Origin: a virus | Lineage: Duplodnaviria > Caudoviricetes | IMG/VR virus record: IMGVR_UViG_3300046806_000620 | Coordinates: 1-33,834 of that record | Strand: one strand, 5' to 3' | DNA length: 33,834 nucleotides | Shown: positions 1 to 8,127 of the stretch, piece after piece | Layout of the letters: each line of letters begins with the position of its first letter | How positions within the stretch are numbered: position 1 is the first letter of the stretch | The notes under the pieces: generated by a model | Database searches by the model: none | The model's input: the letters and a program-made list of their open reading frames with translations, nothing else | What the model was told of the DNA's origin: nothing | Position numbers and translations under genes: made by a program

Positions 1-14
1 TATAAAAAGAAATA

Positions 15-206
15 ATGATTAATAATAAAAAAATATTATTAATTGGAGGTGCTTTGGTATTAGCATATATTCTTTTAAAAAAGAAAAAAAATACTACAGT
101 TAGTTTAAGAGGAAAAGAAAAGGTAATACAGATATACCCAAGTGATGTTAAACCAATGCCATGGATAGGTGTTCCAAATTCACTTCCTGAAATTAAGATA
201 GATTAA
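15..206 (+). CDS. Small membrane protein with N-terminal anchor
   Basis: KK-ILLIGGALVLAYILL-KKKK pattern; A-rich region upstream of ATG. Confidence 0.75.
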   Translation: MINNKKILLIGGALVLAYILLKKKKNTTVSLRGKEKVIQIYPSDVKPMPWIGVPNSLPEIKID

Positions 207-207
207 A

Positions 208-342
208 ATGACTAAAGAGAATAAAGAATTATTGTTGATAGGTGGATTTATATTTGTTTTATATACACTTTTTAAGGTGTATGAAAAGAAATATCAATCA
301 GTTCCTGATTCAGTTGTAATTCCAACAGAATTTGAAAATTAA
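208..342 (+). CDS. 44-aa membrane protein (not in ORF track)
   Basis: Manual translation MTKENKELLLIGGFIFVLYTLFKVYEKKYQSVPDSVVIPTEFEN; ATG 1 nt after the upstream stop; same anchor pattern as its neighbours. Confidence 0.7.
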   Translation: MTKENKELLLIGGFIFVLYTLFKVYEKKYQSVPDSVVIPTEFEN

Positions 343-364
343 ATAACAAACAAAAACTAAGATT

Positions 365-505
365 ATGTACAAGGGTAAAAATTTATTGATTTTATTAGGT
401 GTAGGTGCTGTAGCATACTACTACTTTATGATGAAGAAGAAAAAAGATGCAGTTTCTGCTCCTTCAACTGCTTCAGCTAATTTCACAGGAACAATGGGAT
501 ATTAA
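365..505 (+). CDS. 46-aa membrane protein (not in ORF track), paralogue of 530-826
   Basis: MYKGKNLLILLGVGAVAYYYFMMKKKKDAVSAPSTASANFTGTMGY; 28 nt identical to the next gene (393-420 = 558-585). Confidence 0.8.
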   Translation: MYKGKNLLILLGVGAVAYYYFMMKKKKDAVSAPSTASANFTGTMGY

Positions 506-529
506 TTTTAAAATTTAAAATTTAAAAAA

Positions 530-826
530 ATGTTAAAAGGTAAAAAATTATGGGTTGTATTAGGTGTAGGTGCTGTAGCATACTATTTATTTATGCAAAA
601 TAAAAAAAATAAAGCTGCTAAAGTAATTACTGCTCCTGCAACTAACTTCACAGGAGACTTAAATGTTTTAGCAAATCAAAACTTTACAGGAGATTTAGGT
701 GTTCCTGAATACCAAAATGGTAGTGGTCGTTTAGAAGATAGACAAATAAATAGAATAGCAAACGCTAGTCCTGAAAGAGCTGCAAGAATATATGGTAGAA
801 TTGCAAGAAGAAGAGGTTTATTATAA
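530..826 (+). CDS. Membrane protein with two NFTGDL motifs and an Arg-rich C-terminus
   Basis: N-terminal TM LWVVLGVGAVAYYLFM; basic tail RAARIYGRIARRRGLL. Confidence 0.8.
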   Translation: MLKGKKLWVVLGVGAVAYYLFMQNKKNKAAKVITAPATNFTGDLNVLANQNFTGDLGVPEYQNGSGRLEDRQINRIANASPERAARIYGRIARRRGLL

Positions 827-836
827 AAATTAAGTT

Positions 837-1229
837 ATGACTAATACTAAAAAAATATTATTATATGCAGGTGTTGCCGTAGTAGGGTACCAATTATGGA
901 AATACTACAGTAAGCCTAAAAGCGTATTAGTAAAAGGTTCTGATGCTGATACTCCTGAAAAGGTAGAATATAGCACAGGAAAAGAAGGTATGCTAGGTTC
1001 TGATGGGTCTTTAGATACAATGATAAATTTAAAGAAGCCTATCTATGTTAGACCTAGAAATTCTATTCCTAATGTATATGATAGAGGTATTGGACAATTT
1101 ATTAATGCTAGTGGTTGTGATATGAACGCAACAGGATTTGCTGATAACTTATCTTCAGCTTGTAACGCAAAAACAGTAAGAAAAGCACAGGCTACAAGTA
1201 TTGATATTCCTATTATACCGCAAAACTAA
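837..1229 (+). CDS. Membrane protein with N-terminal anchor
   Basis: KK-ILLYAGVAVVGYQLW-KYY; 130 aa. Confidence 0.8.
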   Translation: MTNTKKILLYAGVAVVGYQLWKYYSKPKSVLVKGSDADTPEKVEYSTGKEGMLGSDGSLDTMINLKKPIYVRPRNSIPNVYDRGIGQFINASGCDMNATGFADNLSSACNAKTVRKAQATSIDIPIIPQN

Positions 1230-1232
1230 AAA

Positions 1233-1373
1233 ATGAATAAAACAGTAAAATATCTTTTGATTTATGCTGCAGTAGCAGGTGGAGCTTATTTACTTTATAA
1301 GCAATATCAAGTTATGCAAAATAAACTAGATGGAGATTCCGCATTAAAAAAGTGGAACGCACAACACAACTAA
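1233..1373 (+). CDS. 46-aa membrane protein (not in ORF track)
   Basis: MNKTVKYLLIYAAVAGGAYLLYKQYQVMQNKLDGDSALKKWNAQHN; fills the gap between neighbouring genes. Confidence 0.75.
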   Translation: MNKTVKYLLIYAAVAGGAYLLYKQYQVMQNKLDGDSALKKWNAQHN

Positions 1374-1383
1374 AAGAAAAACA

Positions 1384-1620
1384 ATGGCAGAAGCGAAAGA
1401 TATATTGGATAAGGTAAAACAATTAAAATCTAATTCTGAAAGCATGGCCTTAAAGAAAATGAAAGGAACCGTTTCAGGAGCTTTAATTGGTATGGGTGGA
1501 GGCTTATTAATAGGATTTACAAGAGGCTATAGCTTAGTCTCTTCTGCATTTGTAGGGGCTATACTTGGTGGTGTAATTTCTCAAGTTTTATTACCTAAAC
1601 TGAATGACGATAATGAATAA
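1384..1620 (+). CDS. Small two-TM glycine-zipper membrane protein
   Basis: GTVSGALIGMGGGLLIGF and SAFVGAILGGVI GxxxG helices. Confidence 0.75.
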   Translation: MAEAKDILDKVKQLKSNSESMALKKMKGTVSGALIGMGGGLLIGFTRGYSLVSSAFVGAILGGVISQVLLPKLNDDNE

Positions 1621-2284
1621 TAAGTATATTAAATTTGCAGCTTTAGCTGCTATTGCAGTAGGAGGTTACTTAGTAATTAAAAATTTACTAGGTAAATCAG
1701 CTAGTTCTGCTCCTGTTAGCACTACACCTACTTTGCCACCTCAAATAACTTCTCAAGATTTCCCTATTAAAAAAGGAAGTAAAGGGGATAAAGTAAGAGA
1801 AATTCAGCAAATTTTATTGGGTATTGATGCTAATGCACTACCTAAATATGGTGCTGATGGAGATTTTGGAAGTGAAACTGAATCAGCTTTATTTAAGTAT
1901 TTGAATAAAAAGTCAGTAGATAAACAAGATGACATCGTTAATTTAAACGGATTAAAAGATGCTGCACAAGGACAAAACTTACAAAATTCTGTAAATTCTA
2001 CTAGAATTGCTATCGGTAATCAAGTAATTCAAGATTTGAAATCTAGTGGAAAAAGCCTATATGCAAAAGAGTTCGTAGATGTTATAACGGGAGGTTTGGA
2101 CTTTTCAGGCAGAGAAATTAATCCAACTTCTAAAACTGTTCTAACTAATGCTTTAATAGTAAATGGGTTCGAAATTAAAGGTACTAGTGTGTTACCGAGT
2201 GGGTATTTAAAAATTACTACAAGTAGTGGTGGATTATTAGGTGGATTTATCAAAGTAAGTCCATTTGCTGTCGTAGTAAAATAG
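1613..2284 (+). CDS. Membrane-anchored peptidoglycan-binding domain protein (PG_binding_1-like)
   Basis: N-terminal TM, Pro/Thr linker, then PIKKGSKGDKVREIQQIL...ADGDFGSETESAL matching the PGBD consensus. Start is 1613 or 1604. Confidence 0.85.
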   Translation: MNNKYIKFAALAAIAVGGYLVIKNLLGKSASSAPVSTTPTLPPQITSQDFPIKKGSKGDKVREIQQILLGIDANALPKYGADGDFGSETESALFKYLNKKSVDKQDDIVNLNGLKDAAQGQNLQNSVNSTRIAIGNQVIQDLKSSGKSLYAKEFVDVITGGLDFSGREINPTSKTVLTNALIVNGFEIKGTSVLPSGYLKITTSSGGLLGGFIKVSPFAVVVK

Positions 2285-2312
2285 TATATTTATATAAAAA
2301 ATAACCATAAAA

Positions 2313-2600
2313 ATGGAAGTAAATTTAGAAAAAAAGCTTACTGCCAACCAACTTTTTAAAGAATATAAAGACGAGGGAGGCACATTGAATTTTTCAGATT
2401 GGTTAACTAGAGAAAAAACTAAAGGTATTTTCCCTATTAATGCTAATCTAAATCAAGAAGTAGGTAGAAAATTAATTGATTTAAAACAAGAAGAAATGAA
2501 TAAAACAGTTCTTGGATTTCCTGTAAGCACCTTGTTAATAGCAGGTGGAGTAATCATAGTAGCAATAGTTGCTGTTAATGTATTAAAAAAGAAAGCATAA
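2313..2600 (+). CDS. Membrane protein with C-terminal anchor
   Basis: C-terminal LLIAGGVIIVAIVAVNVL-KKK; TAATG overlap with the next gene. Confidence 0.8.
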   Translation: MEVNLEKKLTANQLFKEYKDEGGTLNFSDWLTREKTKGIFPINANLNQEVGRKLIDLKQEEMNKTVLGFPVSTLLIAGGVIIVAIVAVNVLKKKA

Positions 2601-2884
2601 TGAAAAAAGATAATTTTATTTGGTGGGCATTAGGTGGAATAGGAGCTCTTGCTCTTTATTATCATTATCAAAATAATAAAACGAAAAGTGTATCTATGCA
2701 AGACTTAGTAGTGGATGTTATTAATGAAGAGCAAGATAAGTATAGTACGCCTTTTCAAGCTGAGTACAATATTGTCATGCCTTCTGATTTAGTGTCAAAG
2801 AGAGTGAGAGAAAAGGGAGAACAATTAAGAGCAGGTAGATTTGCAATCCAACCTGATAAGGTACAAGCACCCTTATATTTATAA
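2600..2884 (+). CDS. Membrane protein with N-terminal anchor
   Basis: FIWWALGGIGALALYY. Confidence 0.8.
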   Translation: MKKDNFIWWALGGIGALALYYHYQNNKTKSVSMQDLVVDVINEEQDKYSTPFQAEYNIVMPSDLVSKRVREKGEQLRAGRFAIQPDKVQAPLYL

Positions 2885-2885
2885 G

Positions 2886-3692
2886 ATGCAGTACAAATTG
2901 TGGACAAGATATGAACCTGTAATGGTTAAAGTTGTGGTAAAAACTAATTCTCCACAGCTTATTGTGTTGAAAGCGTTTGACCCAACACAAGCTAATACGG
3001 TTTTTATGGAGAGAGAAAAAACCATTGATGGAGTACAAGAGTTGTATGTGAGGATGCCATTATCCCCTAGTTCAACTGCTTTATCAATTTATAATAAAAA
3101 AAATGGCAACTTACCAAAAGGTAAGGATAGTTCTTTTGAAGTAGTGGAAATCAAAAAAGAAGATTTGGACATCACTTTGTCTCAAACAAAAATGGACAAT
3201 TCTTTGGTTAGAAATTTTGTTGCTTTTGCTCAGAAGTTTGCATTTAACGCAGGTTGGATTCAGGCTCCAAAAGATTATGTAAGTAGTGTAGGTGCTTTTA
3301 AAATTGAGTATTTACCTTATATAACAAACAACAAAACAAATGAAAAGATGGCTACCCCTGCTCGTATAAGTACCAAGAATGGTCGTATACAAGTATCAAG
3401 GGAATCATTTTTACCATTTACTATTCCAATGAGAATGGCAATCTTATTACATGAGTTTAGCCATTATTACTTGAATAGTGATATTTCTAATGAGACTGAA
3501 GCTGATTTAAACGGACTTACAATTTATTTAGGATTGGGCTACCCTATCAAAGAGGCCTATTCTGCTTTCATAGATACCTTTATCGGTTATCCAACGGAGC
3601 AGAACAAAAGAAGATATGATATAATTAATAGGTTTATAAAAGATTACATTGAAGAATATAAAATAAAAGATGTCTACGCAGTAGGCGAATAA
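2886..3692 (+). CDS. Putative zinc metallopeptidase (HExxH, gluzincin-like)
   Basis: AILLHEFSHYY followed by NETEAD (third-ligand Glu helix, as in M48/M78-type enzymes). ATG at 2886 directly follows the upstream stop. Confidence 0.7.
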   Translation: MQYKLWTRYEPVMVKVVVKTNSPQLIVLKAFDPTQANTVFMEREKTIDGVQELYVRMPLSPSSTALSIYNKKNGNLPKGKDSSFEVVEIKKEDLDITLSQTKMDNSLVRNFVAFAQKFAFNAGWIQAPKDYVSSVGAFKIEYLPYITNNKTNEKMATPARISTKNGRIQVSRESFLPFTIPMRMAILLHEFSHYYLNSDISNETEADLNGLTIYLGLGYPIKEAYSAFIDTFIGYPTEQNKRRYDIINRFIKDYIEEYKIKDVYAVGE

Positions 3693-3703
3693 AAATTAAA
3701 GTT

Positions 3704-4231
3704 ATGGCAGATAAAGGAGCACTTAGAGTTTATACAGAATTACCATCTTGGGCAAAAGGTGTAGTTGTTGTTGGTGGCTTAGTTGTAGGCTATTTAGCAG
3801 TTACTTCTATTTTAAAATCTATTAAAGCTAAAAAAAATAAAGAAGAATCATTAGCTGAAGTTAATAATGCAAATTCTGAATTGAACACTCAAATTCAAAC
3901 AGGGAAAGGTCCAACTATTGCAAGAAGTACTGCTGAGGTAATGGCTAATGCTATTGTTGCGGCTTCTAATGATTGTGGTACTGAAGAAAAACAAATGTAT
4001 GCTCAATTTGATAAGGTACAAAATCAAGCTGACATATTATTGTTTGTAGATGTATTTGGATTAAGAAAGAAAGTAAGATGCCCTTTCTCAGATGACCCTA
4101 GAGAATCTTTTTGGAGTAATTCTACACCACCAATGTCATTATCTGCTATGATTAATAGTGAATTAGATGCAACTCAAATTGCAACAATAAATAATAAATT
4201 AGCAAGTAAAGGAATAACTTATAAATTTTAA
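3704..4231 (+). CDS. Membrane-anchored protein with an annexin-repeat-like helical domain
   Basis: N-terminal TM; ANAIVAASNDCGTEEKQM...ADILLFVDVF...LSAMINSELD resembles the annexin GxGTDE...L...I.SE pattern. The ORF is secure; the domain call is tentative. Confidence 0.55.
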   Translation: MADKGALRVYTELPSWAKGVVVVGGLVVGYLAVTSILKSIKAKKNKEESLAEVNNANSELNTQIQTGKGPTIARSTAEVMANAIVAASNDCGTEEKQMYAQFDKVQNQADILLFVDVFGLRKKVRCPFSDDPRESFWSNSTPPMSLSAMINSELDATQIATINNKLASKGITYKF

Positions 4232-4234
4232 TAT

Positions 4235-4846
4235 ATGGGACTTTTTGATGGACAAAAAAAGAAAGCAAATGATAGCTACTCACAGAAATATCCTTTAAGT
4301 GATAGCATATCTAATTTACAAGCTGCTGTAAACGCAGCTAATGTAGAGTTAGTTGGTTTAAGAAATTACCAACCTGAAAAAGGGAGTGATAAAAGAGCTA
4401 GACAAAGAAACATTACTGCTTTATCTAATAGAATTATGCAGTTACAAAATAAGATTAAAGATTTAAAAAGTGGAATGAGTGGTAATGATATTTTAAGAAT
4501 AGCAGCACCATCATTAACTAAATTAAGTGATATTACTAGCAACAAGATATTAAACACAACCCCTTATAGCTTTCAAATACCTACTTATAATACACCAACT
4601 TTAACTAGTAACTTATTGGCTACTCCAAAATATGCTCCTGCTAAAACAACTGATGCTAGAGATTTGGCGGATTCAGTAGAAAATGGTCAAGGTCTTCCTG
4701 TAGATGGAGAACCAACAGGTACTCAAGGAGATTATCCTCCTCCCTACGGAGTACAAGGCTCAAATACTAAGTCAATTTTATTATATGGAGGTTTAGCAGC
4801 AGTATTGGGTTTTACAGCTTATTATATGTTTATAAAGAAAAAATAA
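4235..4846 (+). CDS. C-terminally anchored membrane protein, KYP helical-hairpin family member 1
   Basis: KYPLSD...KRARQRNITAL...IKDL; C-terminal ILLYGGLAAVLGFTAYYMFI-KKK. Confidence 0.8.
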   Translation: MGLFDGQKKKANDSYSQKYPLSDSISNLQAAVNAANVELVGLRNYQPEKGSDKRARQRNITALSNRIMQLQNKIKDLKSGMSGNDILRIAAPSLTKLSDITSNKILNTTPYSFQIPTYNTPTLTSNLLATPKYAPAKTTDARDLADSVENGQGLPVDGEPTGTQGDYPPPYGVQGSNTKSILLYGGLAAVLGFTAYYMFIKKK

Positions 4847-4851
4847 AAAAA

Positions 4852-5322
4852 ATGGCATTACCAAAATTAGGACCTACGGGCAAAAAGATAGCGACAGGAG
4901 CAGCAGTTGCAGGTGTATTAACACTTGCAGGGATTGGCATATCAAAACAAGCAGAACGAAAAAGAGTTTTGTCTACTGAAGATGAAATGCAGAAAAAATA
5001 TCCATTTTCTGAAAATTGTCTTGAAATGCAAAAAATTAATAATTCTGCAAAATTGGCTTTGGCTCAAATGGAATCTGAATCAGGTGGAAATGCGGGTACA
5101 AAAAGAGTAAGAGCAAGACAAATTGCTGCTTTAAAAGCAAGAATAATTGAAATTGAGAAGTATATACCGAGTTTAGATTGTTCACAAGCAGTTTTAAATC
5201 CTGATGCTTTACCACAGGATGCCCCTGCAGCAACATCTAATACAACTAAATATTTGTTATATGGAGTTGCGGGTGTAATTTTGTTAGTGGTATTTTCTAA
5301 TTTAATGCGTAAAAAAGACTAA
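4852..5322 (+). CDS. Membrane protein, KYP helical-hairpin family member 2
   Basis: KYPFSENC...KRVRARQIAAL...SLDC; hydrophobic segments at both termini. Confidence 0.8.
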   Translation: MALPKLGPTGKKIATGAAVAGVLTLAGIGISKQAERKRVLSTEDEMQKKYPFSENCLEMQKINNSAKLALAQMESESGGNAGTKRVRARQIAALKARIIEIEKYIPSLDCSQAVLNPDALPQDAPAATSNTTKYLLYGVAGVILLVVFSNLMRKKD

Positions 5323-5324
5323 TT

Positions 5325-6173
5325 ATGGCAATAAAAATATTTGGTACTAATATAACAGGGGGAGAAGCTCAAAGAAAAGAAGCTGCTTCTAATGTTATGT
5401 CAGGGAAATATCCTTTGACAAATGATTGTAATTTGATGAAGAGTACTATTGAGGCTGCAAAAGCTGAATTAGCTCAAATTAACGCAAGTAGACCATCTAC
5501 TGCGGGTGGTAGGCGTATAAAGGCTAGAAATGCAGATGCTTTAAAAGTTTGGGTTAATGAAATGCAAAACTTCTTAAAGGATTTAACATGTGGTATTGTA
5601 TATACTCCTGAAGGAATTAAGATAACTCCTGTAGCAAGTCCTTCTATAGCTGCTACTGTAATGCCTAGTCCAACTACACCTACGCCAAGTCAATCTGTCA
5701 TTTTTACACCTGAAGTTGTTAAAAATTACGAACAACCAACACCTAGTCAAGCTATTATTTTTACACCTCAAGTTGTTAAAAATTACGAACAACCAAGTAT
5801 TAAATGTGCTGATGGTACTTATGATGTAGCTAATGGAGTTAATCCTCCATGTGCAACAAAAGGTGGCGTATACTTACCTAGTTTGCCATTACCTGCACCT
5901 GCTCCAACATTACCAAGTGGTCAATCAACAATAATAAGTGCACCTGCACCTGTTTATCAACCATTGCCACAAGCATCTATTCCTCCTCAAACAGATTATG
6001 CAAAACTATATGATACTGCAGCTTTAGGTACATCAATAGCTCAATCTAATGGTTCTGCTCCTGCCCCTCTTAATACCCCTGCTACTCAAGATGATACACA
6101 AAAATATTTAATGTATGGTGGTATTGCTTTAATTGGTGTTTTAGTATTAAATTCATTAACAAATAGAGATTAA
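5325..6173 (+). CDS. C-terminally anchored Pro-rich membrane protein, KYP helical-hairpin family member 3
   Basis: KYPLTNDC...RRIKARNADAL...DLTC, Pro-rich stalk, CADGT...CATKGGV mini-domain, YLMYGG anchor. Confidence 0.8.
   Translation: MAIKIFGTNITGGEAQRKEAASNVMSGKYPLTNDCNLMKSTIEAAKAELAQINASRPSTAGGRRIKARNADALKVWVNEMQNFLKDLTCGIVYTPEGIKITPVASPSIAATVMPSPTTPTPSQSVIFTPEVVKNYEQPTPSQAIIFTPQVVKNYEQPSIKCADGTYDVANGVNPPCATKGGVYLPSLPLPAPAPTLPSGQSTIISAPAPVYQPLPQASIPPQTDYAKLYDTAALGTSIAQSNGSAPAPLNTPATQDDTQKYLMYGGIALIGVLVLNSLTNRD
5679..5795 (+). repeat. Intragenic 57-nt tandem duplication (2 copies)
   Basis: Encodes PTPSQSVIFTPEVVKNYEQ / PTPSQAIIFTPQVVKNYEQ. Confidence 0.9.
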
Positions 6174-6184
6174 AAATATTAACT

Positions 6185-6862
6185 ATGGCAATAGATATGA
6201 TTGAAAATAACGATTTAGGTGCTTTAGCCGTAGGAAGGCTTGGGGACTTAAATAATTTTACGGATGAGAATAAAGGCTATAAAAACTTTGCAGGAAATGA
6301 AGAAGTTTTCCAAAAAATAGACATAAATGAAGAGTTTGAAAACCTTTTTGGAAGTAAAACATTCAAAAATAATAAAGAAAAGGCGAAAAATGATGCAGAA
6401 GCTTTTGTAAAAAAACTACCTAAAACTACTTGTGATGATTTATCAAGTAGCTTAGATAAATTAGCATTATATATTGAAGCTGAAACTAAACAATTAGGAT
6501 TGGCTAAAGGACATGTAACTGAATACCCGAAAATAAGATTGGGAGTAGCTAGAACTGCAGAGGCTGATATGAAAATGAAACAACAAGATAAGCAATGTAT
6601 AGCAATAGCTGAAAAAATTCAAAGTGAGCAAAAGAAAGCCGAGCTTATCAAGACCTTAACTAATGTATCTGAAGCTAGTGTACAACAAGCTAAAACAGAC
6701 CTATTCGGGACCCCTGCAGGGCAGCCTTTGTACGCACCTGCAACAAGTGGTCAGGGAGCATTAGGTTCTGTTCAAAATGCACTTGGTGGTTCTAACAAAA
6801 ATTTATTAATTTACGGTGGAATTGGAGTAGTTGCTCTAATTCTTTTATTAAGAAGAAACTAA
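6185..6862 (+). CDS. C-terminally anchored helical membrane protein, possible distant KYP-family member
   Basis: KLPKTTC...DKQC pair with similar spacing; LLIYGGIGVVALILLL-RR anchor. Confidence 0.75.
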   Translation: MAIDMIENNDLGALAVGRLGDLNNFTDENKGYKNFAGNEEVFQKIDINEEFENLFGSKTFKNNKEKAKNDAEAFVKKLPKTTCDDLSSSLDKLALYIEAETKQLGLAKGHVTEYPKIRLGVARTAEADMKMKQQDKQCIAIAEKIQSEQKKAELIKTLTNVSEASVQQAKTDLFGTPAGQPLYAPATSGQGALGSVQNALGGSNKNLLIYGGIGVVALILLLRRN

Positions 6863-6864
6863 TA

Positions 6865-7356
6865 ATGAAGTACTTAAAACCCGCATTGATAATTAGTGGA
6901 TTAGGCGTAATTGGTTACGCCCTTTTCCGTTATTATAAGAAGCAAATAGACTTTGTAAAAGATATTCAATATACCATATCAGGGTTAAAAATTGTTAACA
7001 TCGCTAAAGAAGATGTTACGCTTGATATATTTTTAAAAGTTTATAACTCATCTAATGTGGAGGCAAAAGTTACTGAAATTTTCTTAGATGTAATTATGAA
7101 TGGAACTAAAGTAGGTTCAATTAATGAGTCTAGTGAGTTCACAATTATGCCAACTAAAACAACCGAGGTAAGCTATAAGTTTAGCTTTAACCCTAGCTTA
7201 GTTATTAAAAATATTGTTAATATATTGACTTTGACTGTAGCATTGAAAGATGTTGTAATAGTAGCAGATGGATATATGAAGGTTAAGAGTGGTTTCTTAT
7301 CTACAACTATTCCATTTACATATCAAAACACATTAAAAAATCTTTTAAAAAAATAA
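6865..7356 (+). CDS. LEA type 2 (WHy) domain membrane protein
   Basis: N-terminal TM then LKVYNSSNVEAKV....DVIMNGTKVGSI....TIMP...TEV, the LEA_2 strand pattern (NPN motif degenerate). Confidence 0.7.
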   Translation: MKYLKPALIISGLGVIGYALFRYYKKQIDFVKDIQYTISGLKIVNIAKEDVTLDIFLKVYNSSNVEAKVTEIFLDVIMNGTKVGSINESSEFTIMPTKTTEVSYKFSFNPSLVIKNIVNILTLTVALKDVVIVADGYMKVKSGFLSTTIPFTYQNTLKNLLKK

Positions 7357-7359
7357 GAA

Positions 7360-7635
7360 ATGGGAGCAACTAATATATGGTCTAAAACAATTACTGATGA
7401 CACACTAACTATATCAGGTACGCAAAATGTTGTTAGAGTATCAATTTTAGCAAGACAAGGACCTGTAAATCTTTTAGGTACAGCAACCTTTAATGGAGTT
7501 GCTTCTGATACTGTAATTTTTGCAACAGGACAAGGTGTAACTTTGACTGCAGCATCTACTCAAAATCCTATAGATGGAGTAACAGTAGTCGTTGCGGGTG
7601 GTGGAATAGCAGATGTGGTATTATCATATCAATAA
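7360..7635 (+). CDS. Small beta-rich hypothetical protein, possibly virion structural
   Basis: 91 aa, Thr/Val/Gly-rich with alternating strand pattern. Confidence 0.7.
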   Translation: MGATNIWSKTITDDTLTISGTQNVVRVSILARQGPVNLLGTATFNGVASDTVIFATGQGVTLTAASTQNPIDGVTVVVAGGGIADVVLSYQ

Positions 7636-7644
7636 AATATTAAA

Positions 7645-8097
7645 ATGAAAAGTACAAATATTATATTATTTTTAGGTTTAGGTGTTGTAGGTTACTACAT
7701 ATATAACAAGACAAAAGGTGGTTCTAAATTAAATGTTAACTCATTAGTAGAAGAAAATTTGTCTAACATTACAAGTAATCTTCCAACTAATATTCCTGTA
7801 GCACCTCAACAACCAACTGCACCAACTGCACCTATTCCTATGCCAACTGCAGCACCTGCAACAACAACTAAATATACATATCCTGAAGGAATTGGTAAAG
7901 ATGGTAAGAAATTTGAATTGAATGACGGGGATTATGTAGCAAACGGGGAAGAAACTGCTATTTTATATCAAGGTAAATTAAGACCTATGACTGCTGCTTA
8001 TGCTAATAAATTTGCTGCGGGTACATGGGAAAGAACAAAAATTATAGATAATATAGTCTACAGCAGCATACCTAGAGGAGCTGTTTTGGATGTATAA
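7645..8097 (+). CDS. Membrane protein with N-terminal anchor, Pro/Thr linker and C-terminal domain
   Basis: IILFLGLGVVGYYIY-NK; PQQPTAPTAPIPMPTAAP linker. Confidence 0.8.
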   Translation: MKSTNIILFLGLGVVGYYIYNKTKGGSKLNVNSLVEENLSNITSNLPTNIPVAPQQPTAPTAPIPMPTAAPATTTKYTYPEGIGKDGKKFELNDGDYVANGEETAILYQGKLRPMTAAYANKFAAGTWERTKIIDNIVYSSIPRGAVLDV

Positions 8098-8127
8098 AAA
8101 ATATTTAAACAAAAAAAAATCATAAAA

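Noticed and set aside
1384-1620. Holin call for the two-TM protein
   Set aside because: No recognisable endolysin catalytic domain is adjacent, and it is one of many membrane proteins, so the call is unsupported.
2841-2885. Upstream start for the peptidase given in the ORF track
   Set aside because: Non-ATG start overlapping the previous gene by 44 nt; ATG 2886 follows the stop directly.
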